A stretch of 64,000 nucleotides of DNA. Source: Centroscyllium fabricii (Eukaryota). The DNA is taken from positions 36,518,001-36,582,000 of the forward strand of contig JBNRSN020000025.1 of assembly GCA_051313645.2 (NCBI GenBank). The letters run 5' to 3'. Both the position numbers and the translations under genes were made by a program. The notes under the pieces were generated by a model, which searched no databases, was not told the origin of the DNA, and was given only the letters and a program-made list of their open reading frames with translations. This document shows, in pieces, positions 10,995-23,022 of this stretch; within the stretch, counting starts at the first letter, position 1, and every line of letters begins with the position of its first letter.

Positions 10995-12808
10995 CAGTGA
11001 CCCAGCCCAGGGTGTGACCATGTGCCCCAGTGACCCAGCCCAGGGTGTGACCATGTGCCCTCGTGACCCAGCCCAGGGTGTGACCATGTGCCCCAGTGAC
11101 CCAGCCCAGGGTGTGACTATGTGCCCTCGTGACCCAGCCCAGTGTGTGACCATGAGGCCTAGTGACCCAGCCAAGGTGTGACCATGAGGCCTAGTGACCC
11201 AGCCCAGGGTGTGACCATGAGGCCTAGTGACCCAGCCCAGGGTGTGACCATGTGCCCCAGTGACCCAGCCAGGGTGTGACCATGAGCCCCAGTGACCCAG
11301 CCAGGGTGTGACCATGAGCCCCAGGGACCCAGCCCAGGGTGTGACCATGAGACCCAGTGACCCAGCCATGGTGTGACCATGAGCCCCATTGAACCAGCCA
11401 GGGTGTGACCATGTGCCCTAGTGACCCAGCCCAGGGTGTGACCATGTGCCCTAGTGACAAAGCCCAGGGTGTGACCATGAGGCCTAGTGACCCAGCCAGT
11501 GTGTGACCATGAGACCAGGTGACCCAGCCCAGGGTGTGACCATGAGGCCTAGTGACTCAGCCCAGGGTGTGACCATGAGGCCTAGAAACTCAACCCAGGG
11601 TGTGACCATGAGCCCCAGTGACCCAGCCAGGATGTGGCCATGAGCCCCAGTGACCCAGCCAGGGTGTGGCCATGCGCCCCAGTGACCTAGCCGGGGTGTG
11701 GCTATGAGCCCCAGTGACCCAGCCAGGATGTGACCATGTGCCCTAGTGACCCAGCCAGGGTGTGACCATGTGCCCTAGTGACCCAGCCAGGGCGTGACCA
11801 TGAGGCTTAGTGACCCAGCCAGGGTGTGACCATGAGGCCTAGTGACCCAGCCAGGGTGTGACCATGAGGCCTAGTGACCCAGCCAGGGTGTGACCATGAG
11901 GCCTAGTGACCCAACCAGGGTGTGACCATGAGGCCTAGTGACCCAGCCCAGGGTGTGACCATGAGGCCCAGTGACCCAGCCCAGGGTGTGACTATGAGGC
12001 CTAGTGACCCAACCCAGCCAGGGTGTGACCATAAGACCCAGTGACCCAGCCAGGGTGTGGCCATGAGCCCCAGTGACCCAGCCAGGGTGTGACAATGAGC
12101 CCTAGTGACCCAGCCAGGGTGTGACCATGAGGCCTAGTGACCCAGCAAGGGTGTGACCATGAGGCCTAGTGACCCAGCCAGGGTGTGACCATGAGGCCCA
12201 GTGACCCAGCCCAGGGTGTGACCATGAGGCCTAGTGACTCAGCCCAGGGTGTGACCATGAGGCCTAGTGACTCAACCCAGGGTGTGACCATGAGCCCCAG
12301 TGACCCAGCCAGGGTGTGGCCATGAGTCCCAGTGACCCAGCCAGGGTGTGTCCATGAGTCCCAGTGATCCAGCCAGAGTGTGGCCATGCGCCCCAGTGAC
12401 CTAACCAGGGTGTGGCCATGAGCCCCAGTGACCATGTGCCCTAGTGACCCAGCCAGGGTGTGACCATGAGGCCTAATGACCCAGCCCAGGGTGTGACCAT
12501 GAGGCCTAGTGACCCAGCTAGGGTGTGACCATGAGGCCATTGACCCAGCCCAGGGTGTGACCATGAGGCCCAGTGACCCAGCCCAGGGTGTGACCATGAG
12601 GCCCAGTGACCCAGCCCAGGGTGTGACCATGAGGCCTAGTGACTCAACCCAGGGTGTGGCCATGAGCCCCAGTGACCCAGCCAGGGTGTGACCATGAGGC
12701 CTAGTGACCCAGCCAGGGTGTGACCATGAGGCCTAGTGACCCAGCCAGGGTGTGACCATGAGGCCATTGACCCAGCCAGGGTGTGACCATGAGGCCTAGT
12801 GACCTAGC
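10995..12808. repeat. Minisatellite, 29-30-bp unit (CCAGTGACCCAGC[C]CAGGGTGTGACCATGAGG), ~60 copies
   Basis: Directly visible tandem array. Confidence 0.97.
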
Positions 12809-12929
12809 ACAAGTTTCCTCTCTCCTGTTGGGAGTGATCACTGCAGCTGAATATTGCAACCCCCGACTAGGTTGTTCCTGTGTGTTACGCATGGGCTGTG
12901 CACAGTATACAGAGAAGTTACAGCACAGT

Positions 12930-13370
12930 CAGCCTTTACCCTCCATGCCAGCACAGTCCTAATCACATTTACTCATCCTTCAACCCCTCCTCCTTCATCC
13001 ACCTATCCAATCTAGTCCTGAATGTTGTGACAGTTTCTGCCTCAGCCACTAAACCTGGAAGTGAATTCCACAGCCTCATAACATAAGAACATAAGAAATA
13101 GGAGCAAGAGTAGGCCACTTGGCCCCTTGAACCTGCTCCACCATTTATTGGGATCATGGCTGATCTGATCTTGGGCTCAGCTCCATTTCTCTGCCCGCTC
13201 TCCAAAACCCATCACTCCCTTATCGTTCAACTCTCTGTGTGAAGAAGTTTCTCATGATCACTGTTCTAAATCTCTTACATTTAATCTTGCATCTATGACT
13301 CCTCATCTTATCCCTTCAACCACTGAAGACAGTCTGCTTTTATCTACCCTGTCTCATCCTTTCAAAATGT
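12930..13370 (-). mobile_element. CR1 3' fragments
   Basis: RLWNSLPGLVAEAET...RLDRWM; nested HER1 tail at ~13080-13230. Confidence 0.75.
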
Positions 13371-13399
13371 TATTCGATCATGTTTCCCTTAAGTGTCTG

Positions 13400-13805
13400 C
13401 TGTGGCGTAGTTGGTAGCACTCTCGCCTCTGAGTCAGAAAGTTGTGAGTTCAAGCCTCACTCCAGAGACTTGAGCACAAAAACCTAGGCTGACATCTTTC
13501 GGATCAGATGTTAAACTGAGGCCCTGTCTTCTCTCTGGTGGATGTAAAAGATCCTGTGGCACTATTTCGAAGAAGAGCTGGTGAGTTATCCCATGTGTCC
13601 TGGACAATATTTATCCCTCAATCACCATCACTAAAACAGATTATCTGGTCATTATCACATTGCTTGGGAGCTTGCTGTGTGCAAAGTGGCTGCTGCATTT
13701 CCTACATTACAACAGTGACTACACTTCAAAAGTACTTCATTGGCTATAAAGTGCTTTGGGACATCCTGAGGTTCTGAAAGGCGCTATATAAATATAAGTC
13801 TTCCT
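13400..13805 (+). mobile_element. Deu-domain tRNA SINE (SacSINE1-like)
   Basis: tRNA head (TGGCGTAGTTGG...GTTCAAG), TTCGGATCAGATGTTAAACTGAGGCCC core, L2-type tail GGCGCTATATAAAT. Confidence 0.8.
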
Positions 13806-14324
13806 TTTTAATCTGTGCTGTTCTAATGAGAAAAGACCCAAATTTTCAGGTCTGTCTTTATTTTTGTATTTCCTATAGATGCATCACTCGCCAACCCTTG
13901 GGAAACATGCTGCAAAATGAAACTTGTGTGAGGCACGCCATTCTAACTTATTTAACCGAGACCTAACCAGTCTCAGTGTCCTGCAGTTTACAGATGAGTG
14001 GATGCGGGAGGGAGATGACTGAAGTGCCTCACAGTATGAAGATGTAGCTATGGAGGGTGCTGAGTGTTAGTGAATGAGTCATTGGCGTAGATGTGGGTCT
14101 GTGACACCATGAGTCCTGGGGCACTGAGATGGAGCAGGTGCAGGGAGCCAGACCCTGTTATCTGTCATCGCTAGGACATTGGGAAAAATCAAGTTTATCA
14201 ATCAAATCTATTGGTAACCAGCTAGAATTGTCTCCTAAAGCAGCTAGTAGCTCCCAGTATCAAACTCAATAGCCAATACCTTTCTTTCAAACCGATTCTG
14301 TCACTGAGAGGATAAATGTCCCAG

Positions 14325-15110
14325 ATGGCAAGATGGTAGCGCGCATAGATGCAGCGGCTTTGCGTCTCCCAGGATAATGTCCACTGGTTCCTGCATTGGT
14401 TTTGGAGAGGATGGCGGGGTCGGCGTAGTAGAGCACCGGGATCTTCTCAATCGGAGCACCGGTGTTGACGCACCGAAGCCGCCGTGGTCGGAGCACGGGG
14501 TGCTGGGAGCTGCGAGGCCGTCGGGTGCTGAGAGCGACGAGGCCGTCGGGCGGCGGGAGCTGCGAGGCCGTTGGGGGCCAGGAGCTGCGAGGCCGTCAGG
14601 GGCCGGAAGCTGCGAGGCCGCCGGGGGCCGGGAGCTTCAAGGCCGTCGGGGGCCGGGAGCTGCGAGGCCGTCAGGTGCAGGGAGCTGCGAGGCCGTTGGG
14701 CGCCGGGAGCTGCGTGGCCGCAGCGCCGGGTCGTCCTGGTGGGAAGGAATGGCTCAGACTGGGACTAGAGGGACATTTTAATATCTTGGGAGATTGTATG
14801 TTTGCATTTCGTTGTATTGTGTATGTTGTGGCGGCACACCCGCTGGGATATCGAATCCGCCAACGGGGCTCCGCGGAGCACAGCCCGCTCATCCGGGTGA
14901 TGCGACTACGTCACCACGTCGGCGGACGTGATGACGTCACCAACGGCGGGACGGTTTGAATATGCTTGTACTCAGTAGTTCTGCCTCTTTCTTGTTTAAC
15001 TCTGTTCAGTAAAGACGTGTTTTCTCTTAGCTCTGGCTCCGTGTAGTTTCTAAAGGCCTGCGGCACAACAATGTTCACTTTACAATGGCAATAAATTGAA
15101 CTGAATTGAA
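14325..15110 (+). mobile_element. Non-autonomous element with a Rex1/Babar-like tail and an internal ~25-bp GC tandem repeat
   Basis: Head AAGATGGTAGCGCGCATAGATGCAGCGG is shared with ~21640; GGAGCTGCGAGGCCG repeats at ~14505-14720; tail CAATAAATTGAACTGAATTGAA. Confidence 0.55.
14824..15070 (+). mobile_element. Solo LTR, 247 bp
   Basis: TGTTGTG...CACAACA terminal inverted repeats and an internal AGTAAA; it splits the host element's tail. No clean TSD. Confidence 0.7.
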
Positions 15111-15149
15111 ATGCTCAACCTTCGAGTGATCATTGAATTAAAAATGCTA

Positions 15150-15920
15150 AACTGGGCCAATCACTTCAAATCTGTGTCCTTTGATTATCAACCCTACTGC
15201 CACTGGAAACAGTTTCTCCTTATTTACTCTATCAAAACCGTTCATGATTTTGAACACCTCTATCAAATCTCCTCTTAACCTTCTCTGCTCGAAGGAAAAC
15301 AACCCCAGCTTGTGCAGTCTCTCCACATTATTGAAGTCCCTCAGCCCTGGCACCATTCTAATAAATCTCTTCTGCACACTCTCCAAGGCTTTGACATCCT
15401 TCCTAAAGTGTGGTGCCCAGAATTGAACACAATACCCCACTGAGGCCTATCCAGCGATTTATAAAGGTTTAGCATAACTTCCTTGCTTTTGTACTCTATG
15501 CCGCTATTTATAAAGCCAAGGGTCCCATATGCATTTTGAACAGCCTTCTCAAATTGTCCAGCCACCTTCAAAGGTTTGTGTACATAGGGCTCTGTCCCTT
15601 TAAAATTGTGCAATTTAGTTTAAATCGCCTCTCCTCATTCTTCCTACCAAAATGTATCACTTCATACTTCACTGCATTAAAATTCATCTCCAATCTGTCT
15701 TCCCATTTCACCAGTCTGTCTATGTCTTTCTGGAGTCTGTTACTATCTTCCTCACTGTTTACTACATTTCTGAGTTTCATTTCATCTGCAAACTTTGAAA
15801 TTATGTCTTGTACACCCAAGTCCAGGTCATTAATATATATCAAAAAGAGCAGTGATTCCCAACACCGACCCCTGGGGGACACCACTGCACACTTCCTGAA
15901 GCCTGAAAAACATCCAGTTC
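15150..15920 (-). mobile_element. CR1 LINE RT fragment
   Basis: IYINDLD...SKFADEMKL; YCVQFWAPH. Confidence 0.88.
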
Positions 15921-16074
15921 TGGCCACCACGCCAGCTATATTAACCCCCGGGGTTGGCTCAGCTCTAAACTTTATTATTGTGATGTTAAAAATAAAAAAT
16001 ACATTTATTGTGATGATAAAATTAAAATTAATTTATTGTGATGTTTCAAATAAATGGTGGCAGCCTAATCATGC

Positions 16075-17167
16075 TCAGCTCGGAGTCAGAAGGTTCATGT
16101 CCCACTCCAGAGACTTGAGCACAAAATCCAGGCTGACCCTCTCAGTGCAGTACTGAGGGAGTGCTGCACTGTCGGCGGTGCCATCTTTTGGATGAGACCT
16201 TAAACCAAGGCCCCCTCTGCCCTTTCAGTTGGACATAAAAGATTCCATGGCACTATTTTGAAGAAGAGTAGGGGATGTTTCCCTAGGTCTCCTGGCCAAT
16301 ACTTAGCAACAACAACTTGCATTTATATTGCGCCCTTAATGTAGTAAAATGTCCCAAGGCGCTTCACAGGAGCGATTATCAAATAAAATTTGTCACGAGC
16401 TGCATAAGGAGATATTAGGACAAGTGAGGTAGGTATTAAGGCACATCTTAAAGGATAGAGAGGCGGAGAGGTTTAGGGAGTGAATTTCAGTGCTTAAGGT
16501 GTAGACAGCTAAACGTAAGGCCGCAAGTGGTGGAGTGATGATAATTGGGAATGCGCAAGAGGCCAGAATTGGAGGAACACCAAGTTCTCGGAAGGCTGTA
16601 GGGCTGGAGGAGGTTGTAGAGATAGGGATGGGTGAGGCTATGGAGGGATTTGAAAACAAGGATGGGAATTTTAAAATTGAGGCATTGTCGGACCAGGAGC
16701 CAATGTAGGTCAGCAAGCACAGAGAATGATGGGTGAACGGGGCTTTATGTGAGTTAGGACACAGGCAGCAAAGTTTTCGATGAGCTCATGTTTATGGAGG
16801 GTGAAAGATGGCTGACCAGGAGACCATTGGAGCAGTCAAGTTTAGGGGTAACAAAGGCATGGATAGGGTTTCAGCAGCAGATGAGCTGAGGCAGAGGTGG
16901 AGACAGGCGATGTTATAGAGGTGGAAGTTGGCATAGTCTTGGTGATGGTCAGAAGCTCAGCTCAGGATCAAATCCCTCAATCAGCATCACTAAAACAGAT
17001 TATCTGGCCATTTATCGCATTGCTGTATGTGGGTTCTTGCTGTGCACAATTGGCTGCCGCGTTTCCAACACTACGACAGTGACTACACTTCAAAAGTACT
17101 TCATTGGCTGTAAAGCACTTTGGGACATCCTGAGGTTGTGAAAGGCACTATGTAAATGCAAGTCTTT
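16075..17167. mobile_element. Deu-SINE (+) split by an L2 3' fragment (-, ~16305-16950)
   Basis: SINE halves at ~16075-16300 and ~16970-17167; L2 motif LHWLLVRQ.L.FKI..LVFKSLH. Confidence 0.75.
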
Positions 17168-17179
17168 AAATGGGAAAGA

Positions 17180-18340
17180 AATAAGAACATAAGAAATAGG
17201 AGCAGGAGTAGGCCAATCGGCCCCTCGAGCCTGCTCCGCCATTCAACAAGATCATGGCTGATCTGATCCTAACCTCAATTTTACTTTTACTCTCCATCTC
17301 GCCCGAACCCATGTGATCACCCGGGAGAGGCGAAAAACCAGATAAAAAACCCAGTGGCCAATTTGGGGGAAAAAATCTGGGAAATTCCTCTCCGACCCAT
17401 CTAGGCGATCGAAAACTGGTCCAGGAGATCACATGGCTGATCTGAACCTAACCTCACGTCCACTTACCTGCCCGCTCACTGTAACCCCTAATTCCCTTTA
17501 CTTCCAGAAAACTGTCTATCTCTGTTTTAAATTTATTCAATGTAGTAGCTTCCACAACTCTCTGGGGCAGCAAATTCCACAGCCCCACCACCCTCTGAGT
17601 GAAGAAGTTTCTCCTCATCTCAGTTTTGAAATGGCAGCCCCTTATTTTATTTTTATGCCCCCTAGTCCTAGTTTCACCCACCATTAGGAACATCCTCACC
17701 GCATCCACCCGATCAAGCCCTCTCACAATCTTATATGTTTCAATAAGATCGTCTCTCATTCTTCTGAACTCCAATGAGTAGAGGCCCAATCTACTCAACC
17801 TCTCATCATATGTCAGCCCCCTCATCCCCGGAATTAACCTAGTGAACCTTCTTTGCACTGCCTCGAGAGCAAGTATGTCCTTTCTAAAATATCGATACCA
17901 GAACTGCACGCAGTATTCCACCTGTACAACTGCAGCAAGACCTCCCTGCTTTTATACTCCATCCCCTTAGCAATAAAAGCCAACATTCCGTTGGCCTTCT
18001 TGACCACCTGCTGCACCTGCATACTAACCTTTTGTGTTTTCTGCACCAGGACCCCCGGTCCCTTTGCACTGAAGTACTTTCCTGTTTCTTTCCATTTAGA
18101 TAATAGCTCGCTCTATTATTTTTCCTGCCAAAGTGCATAACTTCACATTTTTCAGTATTATATATTCCATCTGCCAAATCTCTGCCCATTCACTCAGCCT
18201 ATCTATGTCCTTTTGCAGGTTTTTAATGTCCTCCTCACTCATCACACTCCCTCCCATCTTTGTGTCATCTGCAAACTTTGATATGTTGCACTTGGTCCCT
18301 TCCTCCAAATCATTAATACAGATTGTAAAGAGTTGGGGTT
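17180..18340 (-). mobile_element. CR1/HER1 LINE fragment with a hairpin insert in the 3' UTR
   Basis: ORFs 18096-18308 (SKFADDTK) and 17454-17921. Confidence 0.9.
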
Positions 18341-18871
18341 TGAAAAAGCCTTTTAGTGTCCTGTTTACATTTTAGAAATATCCGGACAATCCATCCCGAA
18401 ACTGAACTGCCCACAAACACCAGTAAATGTCCCAGGATGTCAGAGCCCTGGAGAACTTTAGCAAAGGGCAGCCCAAGGTCAGAAATAAAGTGAAGCTGGA
18501 GAGCTGAGCTAGACATGGGAGCTCCCAAACCCAGGGCTGCACAGAAAGAGTCCAGGAGCAGCTCTGCTCAGTCCAGCATTAAGTCCCCCCTGAAATGAAC
18601 ATGGGGGAGGAGGGAGGGGTCTCGGCTGCTTGATAACTCGGTCGGGTAATAATGGAACTTTCTCAGTCTCAGTCTTGCTGGGAATTGCTAACTGAAACTT
18701 GGTTAGTAATTGGACCATTAATAACTGCTGCAAACCTGAAACTCTGCTTCGTCATCTCAATGAAAGTAACAGAAAATAAAAGGCAGTGACAAACTTCAGA
18801 AGATGGTGAAAAGTTTTACAATAAAACATTTAGAAGAAAGACAAGTTTCTGATTGAGGTTTGAATCTGATC

Positions 18872-19372
18872 TGATCAGCATCCTCACCAACTTCTACCGC
18901 TGCACAATCGAAAGCATACTGACAAGCTGCATCACAGTCTGGTATGGGAACTGCACCATCTCGGACCGGATGGCCCTGCAGCGGGTAGTCAAAACTGCCC
19001 AACGAATCACCGGCACCCAGCTACCATCAATCGAACGCACCTACCTCAAACGCTGCTTACGGAGGTCTCTCAACGTTATTAAAGACCCCACACACCCCAG
19101 CCACAGTCTGTTTGCCCCCCTGCCCTCCAGGAGACGCTACAGATCAATCTGCACCCGCACGACCAGATTCAAGAACAGCTTCTTCCCCAGGGCTGTCAGC
19201 CTCCTGAACTCTAACAAAAAACTCCAGTATCCGCACACCTGATAATGTACTTTATTGTATGAAATTGTATGTAACTTATTTGCACTACTCTCGGGAGCGG
19301 CGAGTCTTCGTTTCATTGTATTGTACTCGTACTCTGCAATGACAATAAAACTTGAATTGAATTGAATTGAAT
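18872..19372 (+). mobile_element. Rex1/Babar LINE 3' fragment
   Basis: FYRCTIESILTSCITVWYGNC...SFFPRAV; (TTGAA)n tail. Confidence 0.88.
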
Positions 19373-19374
19373 CT

Positions 19375-19742
19375 GGGGCTTAATTCTTGATAAGAGTTTT
19401 GATAGGGTAGACACGGAGAGTGTTTTTCCACTTGTGAGGGAGAGCAAAACCAGAGGCCATCAAAATAAGAAAGTCAGGAAGAAGTCAAATAGGGAATTCA
19501 GAAGAAATGTCTTTACCTAGAGAGTGGTGAGAATGTGGAACTCGCTACCACAGGGAGAGGCGAGTAGTATCGATGCATTTAAGGGGAAACTAGATAAGCA
19601 TACGAGGGAGAAGAGAATGGAGAGTTTTGCTGATAGAGTTAGATGAGGAAGGATGGGAGGAGGCTCAACTGGAGCATAAATGCCAGCAGGGACTGGTTGG
19701 ACCAAATGGTCTGTTTCTGTGCTGTACATTCGATGTAATTCT
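19375..19742 (+). mobile_element. CR1 3' fragment
   Basis: Similar to 57205-57530. Confidence 0.75.
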
Positions 19743-20674
19743 TGTGTTTGAGACTTTCTGTTTGAGGGAGAAGGTGACAGCTGTTTAGCTGAAAGGGAAT
19801 GCAGTTCATTGTGATTGAAGTGCAGCCAGCACGCTGCTTTCAGCAGGGTCGTGACCTTTCATTGGGGTCACAACCTTACATCAGGGTCGTGACCTTTCAT
19901 CAGGTTCATGACTTTTCATCAGGGTTGCAACCTTTCAACGGGGTATTTTGATGGTAACTCGCCCAATTGGCTAATTTGCATGTGTGAAACTATTTGGCCA
20001 TGGGGGCATCACAGCTGAGCTCAATAGCTCCTCATGTTATGTCCACAGGCCTGCTACTTTCCAACCGAGATCAGGATCAGGACTTTCCCTTTCCATAGCC
20101 CATGGGGCACTGAGGCCAACCTTAGCACTGGCTGAGATGATCTAATTCAGCATAGATCAGGGATCAAAGCAGATATCTTCCTGGTCGCTGGACTTTGGAC
20201 TGGAGTAGTTCCAGAGATTGTGTGGACTAAGGCTGCGGAGCCATTGCCAGAGAGGATGTGTTGGGGACAGCAGCAGTGAGGTAAGTGTGCCTTGCTTAGT
20301 TGGGATGGGGTGCGAGGGGTGGGTTTTGGAAGGACCCCATCTCTTCTCTGATCTTCGTGCCTCCAAGCTGGGTCTTACTTTTGCTTCCATGCACATGGAA
20401 TGAGAGGCAGCTGGTGTCTGAATCCAGCCACTGTGGTTCATGCAAAGAGCCAACGCTGCTTCAGTCCCAATCCATGGCACTCCAATGGGGAATTACCCAA
20501 CTGAGACCGGGTGAAGGAAAATTGGAGTAGGTTGTGTTGTTATTGCAGTGATTTCCAGAATAGAGACAGGGAGCGGGGGCATTTTAATCAGAGAGCCCCA
20601 AAAGCAAAGGGATGTTAAATTACAGATTGGGTTTCAGTAAAATCTGATCACATTTAGTTTCAATAATACAACAG

Positions 20675-21175
20675 CAATACAACTTGCATTTATATAGTGC
20701 CTTTAACATAGTAAAATGTCCCATGGTGCTTCACAGGAGTGATTATCAGACAGAATTTAACACCGAGCCACATAAGGAGATATTAGGACAGGTGACCAAA
20801 AGCTTGCTCAAAAAGTAGGTTTTAAGGAGGGTGTTAAAGGAGGACAGAGAGGCAGAGATGCTTAGGGAGGGAATTCCAGAGGCGGGCTGGGGGTCTGGAG
20901 GTGGTGCTGGAAGTCCAAGGGAGGTGCTGAGGATCTGTGGGGTGTTGCTGGGCATCAGGCTGTGCTGAGAGCCTGGGTGACGGTGCTGGGAGCCCAGGGT
21001 GGTGCTAGGAGTCTGGGGTGTTGTGTGTCCGGAGGGTGGTGCTGGGGGCCTGGGGTGGTGCTAGGGGTCTGGGGTGTTGTGTGTCCGGAGGGTGATGCTG
21101 GGGGCCCGGGGTGGTGCTAGGGGTCTGGGGTGTTGTCTGTCTGGAGGGTGATGCTGGGGGCCCGGGGGTGGTGCT
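20675..21175. repeat. L2 3' tail (-) followed by a G-rich tandem repeat
   Basis: L2 tail at ~20675-20880; GGTGCTGGGGG/GGGGTGTTGTG units at ~20885-21175. Confidence 0.7.
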
Positions 21176-21852
21176 CATTGAAACTTATAAATGAGAGGGG
21201 ATCTCATTGAAACTTATAAAATTCTAACAGGACTGGATAGACTAGATGCAGGAAGGATGTTCCCAATGGTGGAGGAGCCCAGAACCAGGGGTCACAGTCT
21301 AAGGATAAAGGGTAAACCATTTAGGACAGAGATGAGGAGGAATTTCTTCACCCAGAGAGTGGTGAACCTGTGGAATTCTCTACCACAGAAGGCGGTGGAG
21401 GCCAATTCATTAAATATATTCAAGAAGGAGTTGGATAGATTTCTTAAGGCTAAAGGGATCAAGGGATAGGGGAGAAGGCAGGGACAGGGTACTGGGACTA
21501 GGGACAGGGTCACTGGCAAGACTTGGAAGCTAAGCAGAGCCAGGCCTGGTTAGTACTTGGATGGGGGAATACCAGGTGCAGAAGGTCGTGAAAGGAGCCG
21601 CGGGGAGGGGCGGTTGGCTGAACATTGTCGGAATGATGGAATGGCGGCGCGCACAGACGCAGCAGCTTTGCTGGACTCTTGGGAACTTGCAAGATCACAT
21701 TTTGTTGTTCATGTACTTGTACATTGTATAATGACAATAAAGTTGAATTATTATTATTACTGAGTTTGGATGTTCAGCCATGATCTCATTGAATGGTGGA
21801 GCAGGCTCGAGGGGCCGAATGGCCTACTCCTGCTCCTATCTTCTATGTCTCT
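21176..21852 (+). mobile_element. HER1/CR1 3' fragment interrupted by a 5S-derived element
   Basis: ORF 21191-21469; the tail resumes at ~21758. Confidence 0.88.
21497..21757 (+). mobile_element. 5S rRNA-derived (SINE3-like) element with a Rex1/Babar-type tail
   Basis: ~21522-21585 (GGAAGCTAAGCAG...GGCCTGGTTAGTACTTGGATGGG...GGAATACC) matches the vertebrate 5S internal control region; ends TGACAATAAAGTTGAA(TTA)n. Confidence 0.7.
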
Positions 21853-22056
21853 AACCAATACGAATTAGATATTGACGTTGCCCTGGTGATACTGAGATGC
21901 GCTCCCTGCGCCTCCCACCTAGACCGGATAACACGTGACCCCGGTCTGCCGGCAAAATTAAAGTGACTCTGCCGGCTGCAGATGTGTTGAGTTGAGCTGT
22001 TCCTCCCGAACTTGTTCTCGTCACATTCCAAGCAGCGTCTGGACAGCGGGAACTAA

Positions 22057-22152
22057 ATGATGATGATGCAGCGGCGGCGGCGGCGGCAGCGGCAGAGGAG
22101 CCCAGCCACTGTTCTGTGGGTCTGGTTGTTGGCTGCAGCGGCAGGTGGCGAG
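22057..22152 (+). CDS. LTBR: TNFRSF (LTBR-like) exon 1, signal peptide
   Basis: In-frame TAA then MMMMQRRRRRQRQRSPATVLWVWLLAAAAGGE; phase-0 donor GAG|GTACCG fits exon 2; CpG-rich context with E-box CACGTG at ~21932. Confidence 0.65.
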
Positions 22153-22404
22153 GTACCGATTTAAATGACCGTGAATCAGGTTACTGGAAGGCGAGTTGTA
22201 GCCACAGTCAGTGCGGGCGGAGCATCCCGAGTGAACTCGGGAAGATTTTAATCATTGAGAAGTTTGCAAACGATTTTATTTCCAGTTGGGATGTAACAGG
22301 TTTGAATGGGGATGGGTGTCGGGCGCTCGGTGAACGGGCGAGATCCCCAGGGAACTCGGTCACTGGCCCTGGGTCCCAACCGGTGAAGATTCAAAAATGC
22401 TTCG

Positions 22405-23022
22405 ATTGATTGGCCAGGATAAATTGACCCTTAGTGTTAGGGGGATTGAATATGTGGGGTTACGGGGATAGGGTGGGATATGGGCGGCACAGTGGTACAG
22501 TCGTTAGCGCTGTTGTCTCACAGCACTGGAGACCCGGGTTCAAATCCAACCTCGGGTCCTATCTGTGTGGAGTTTGCACATTCTCCCCGTGTCTGCGTGG
22601 GTTTCCTCCGGGTGCTCCGGTTTCCTCCCACAGTCCAAAGATGTGCGGGTTAGGTTGATTGGCCATGATAAATTGACCCTTAGTGTTAGGGGGATTAAAT
22701 ATGTGGGGTTACAGGGATAGGGTGGGATATGTGTTGATGCAGGCTCAATAGGGATCGAGAGGGCAGGGGCGGGATACTGGGTTTGGATGATCAGCCATAA
22801 TCTCATTGAATGGCGGAGCAGGCTCGAAGGGCCGATTGGCCTACTCCTGCTCCTAGTTTCTATGTTTCTATGTGTCGGTGCAGGCTCGATGGGGATCGAG
22901 GGATATAGGGAGAAGGCAGGGACAGGGTACTGGGTTTGGATGATCAGCCATAATCTCATTGAATGGCGGAGCAGGCTCGAGGGGCCGAATGGCCTACTCC
23001 TGCTCCTATCTTCTATGTCTCT
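22405..23022 (+). mobile_element. HE1 SINE with duplicated tails
   Basis: Same family as 8781; head at ~22482. Confidence 0.88.

Noticed and set aside
10936-12892. Repetitive ORFs or CRISPR-like periodicity
   Set aside because: Head-to-tail minisatellite with no unique spacers, no cas genes, and a eukaryotic context.
14377-14959. GC-rich ORFs
   Set aside because: Products of a ~25-bp tandem repeat and an LTR.
20270-20290. Strong donor GAG|GTAAGT upstream of the receptor
   Set aside because: No convincing exon or ORF attached; isolated consensus sites are common.
21522-21585. Functional 5S rRNA gene
   Set aside because: 5' third is missing, there is an internal deletion, no oligo-T terminator, and it is fused to a retroposon tail.
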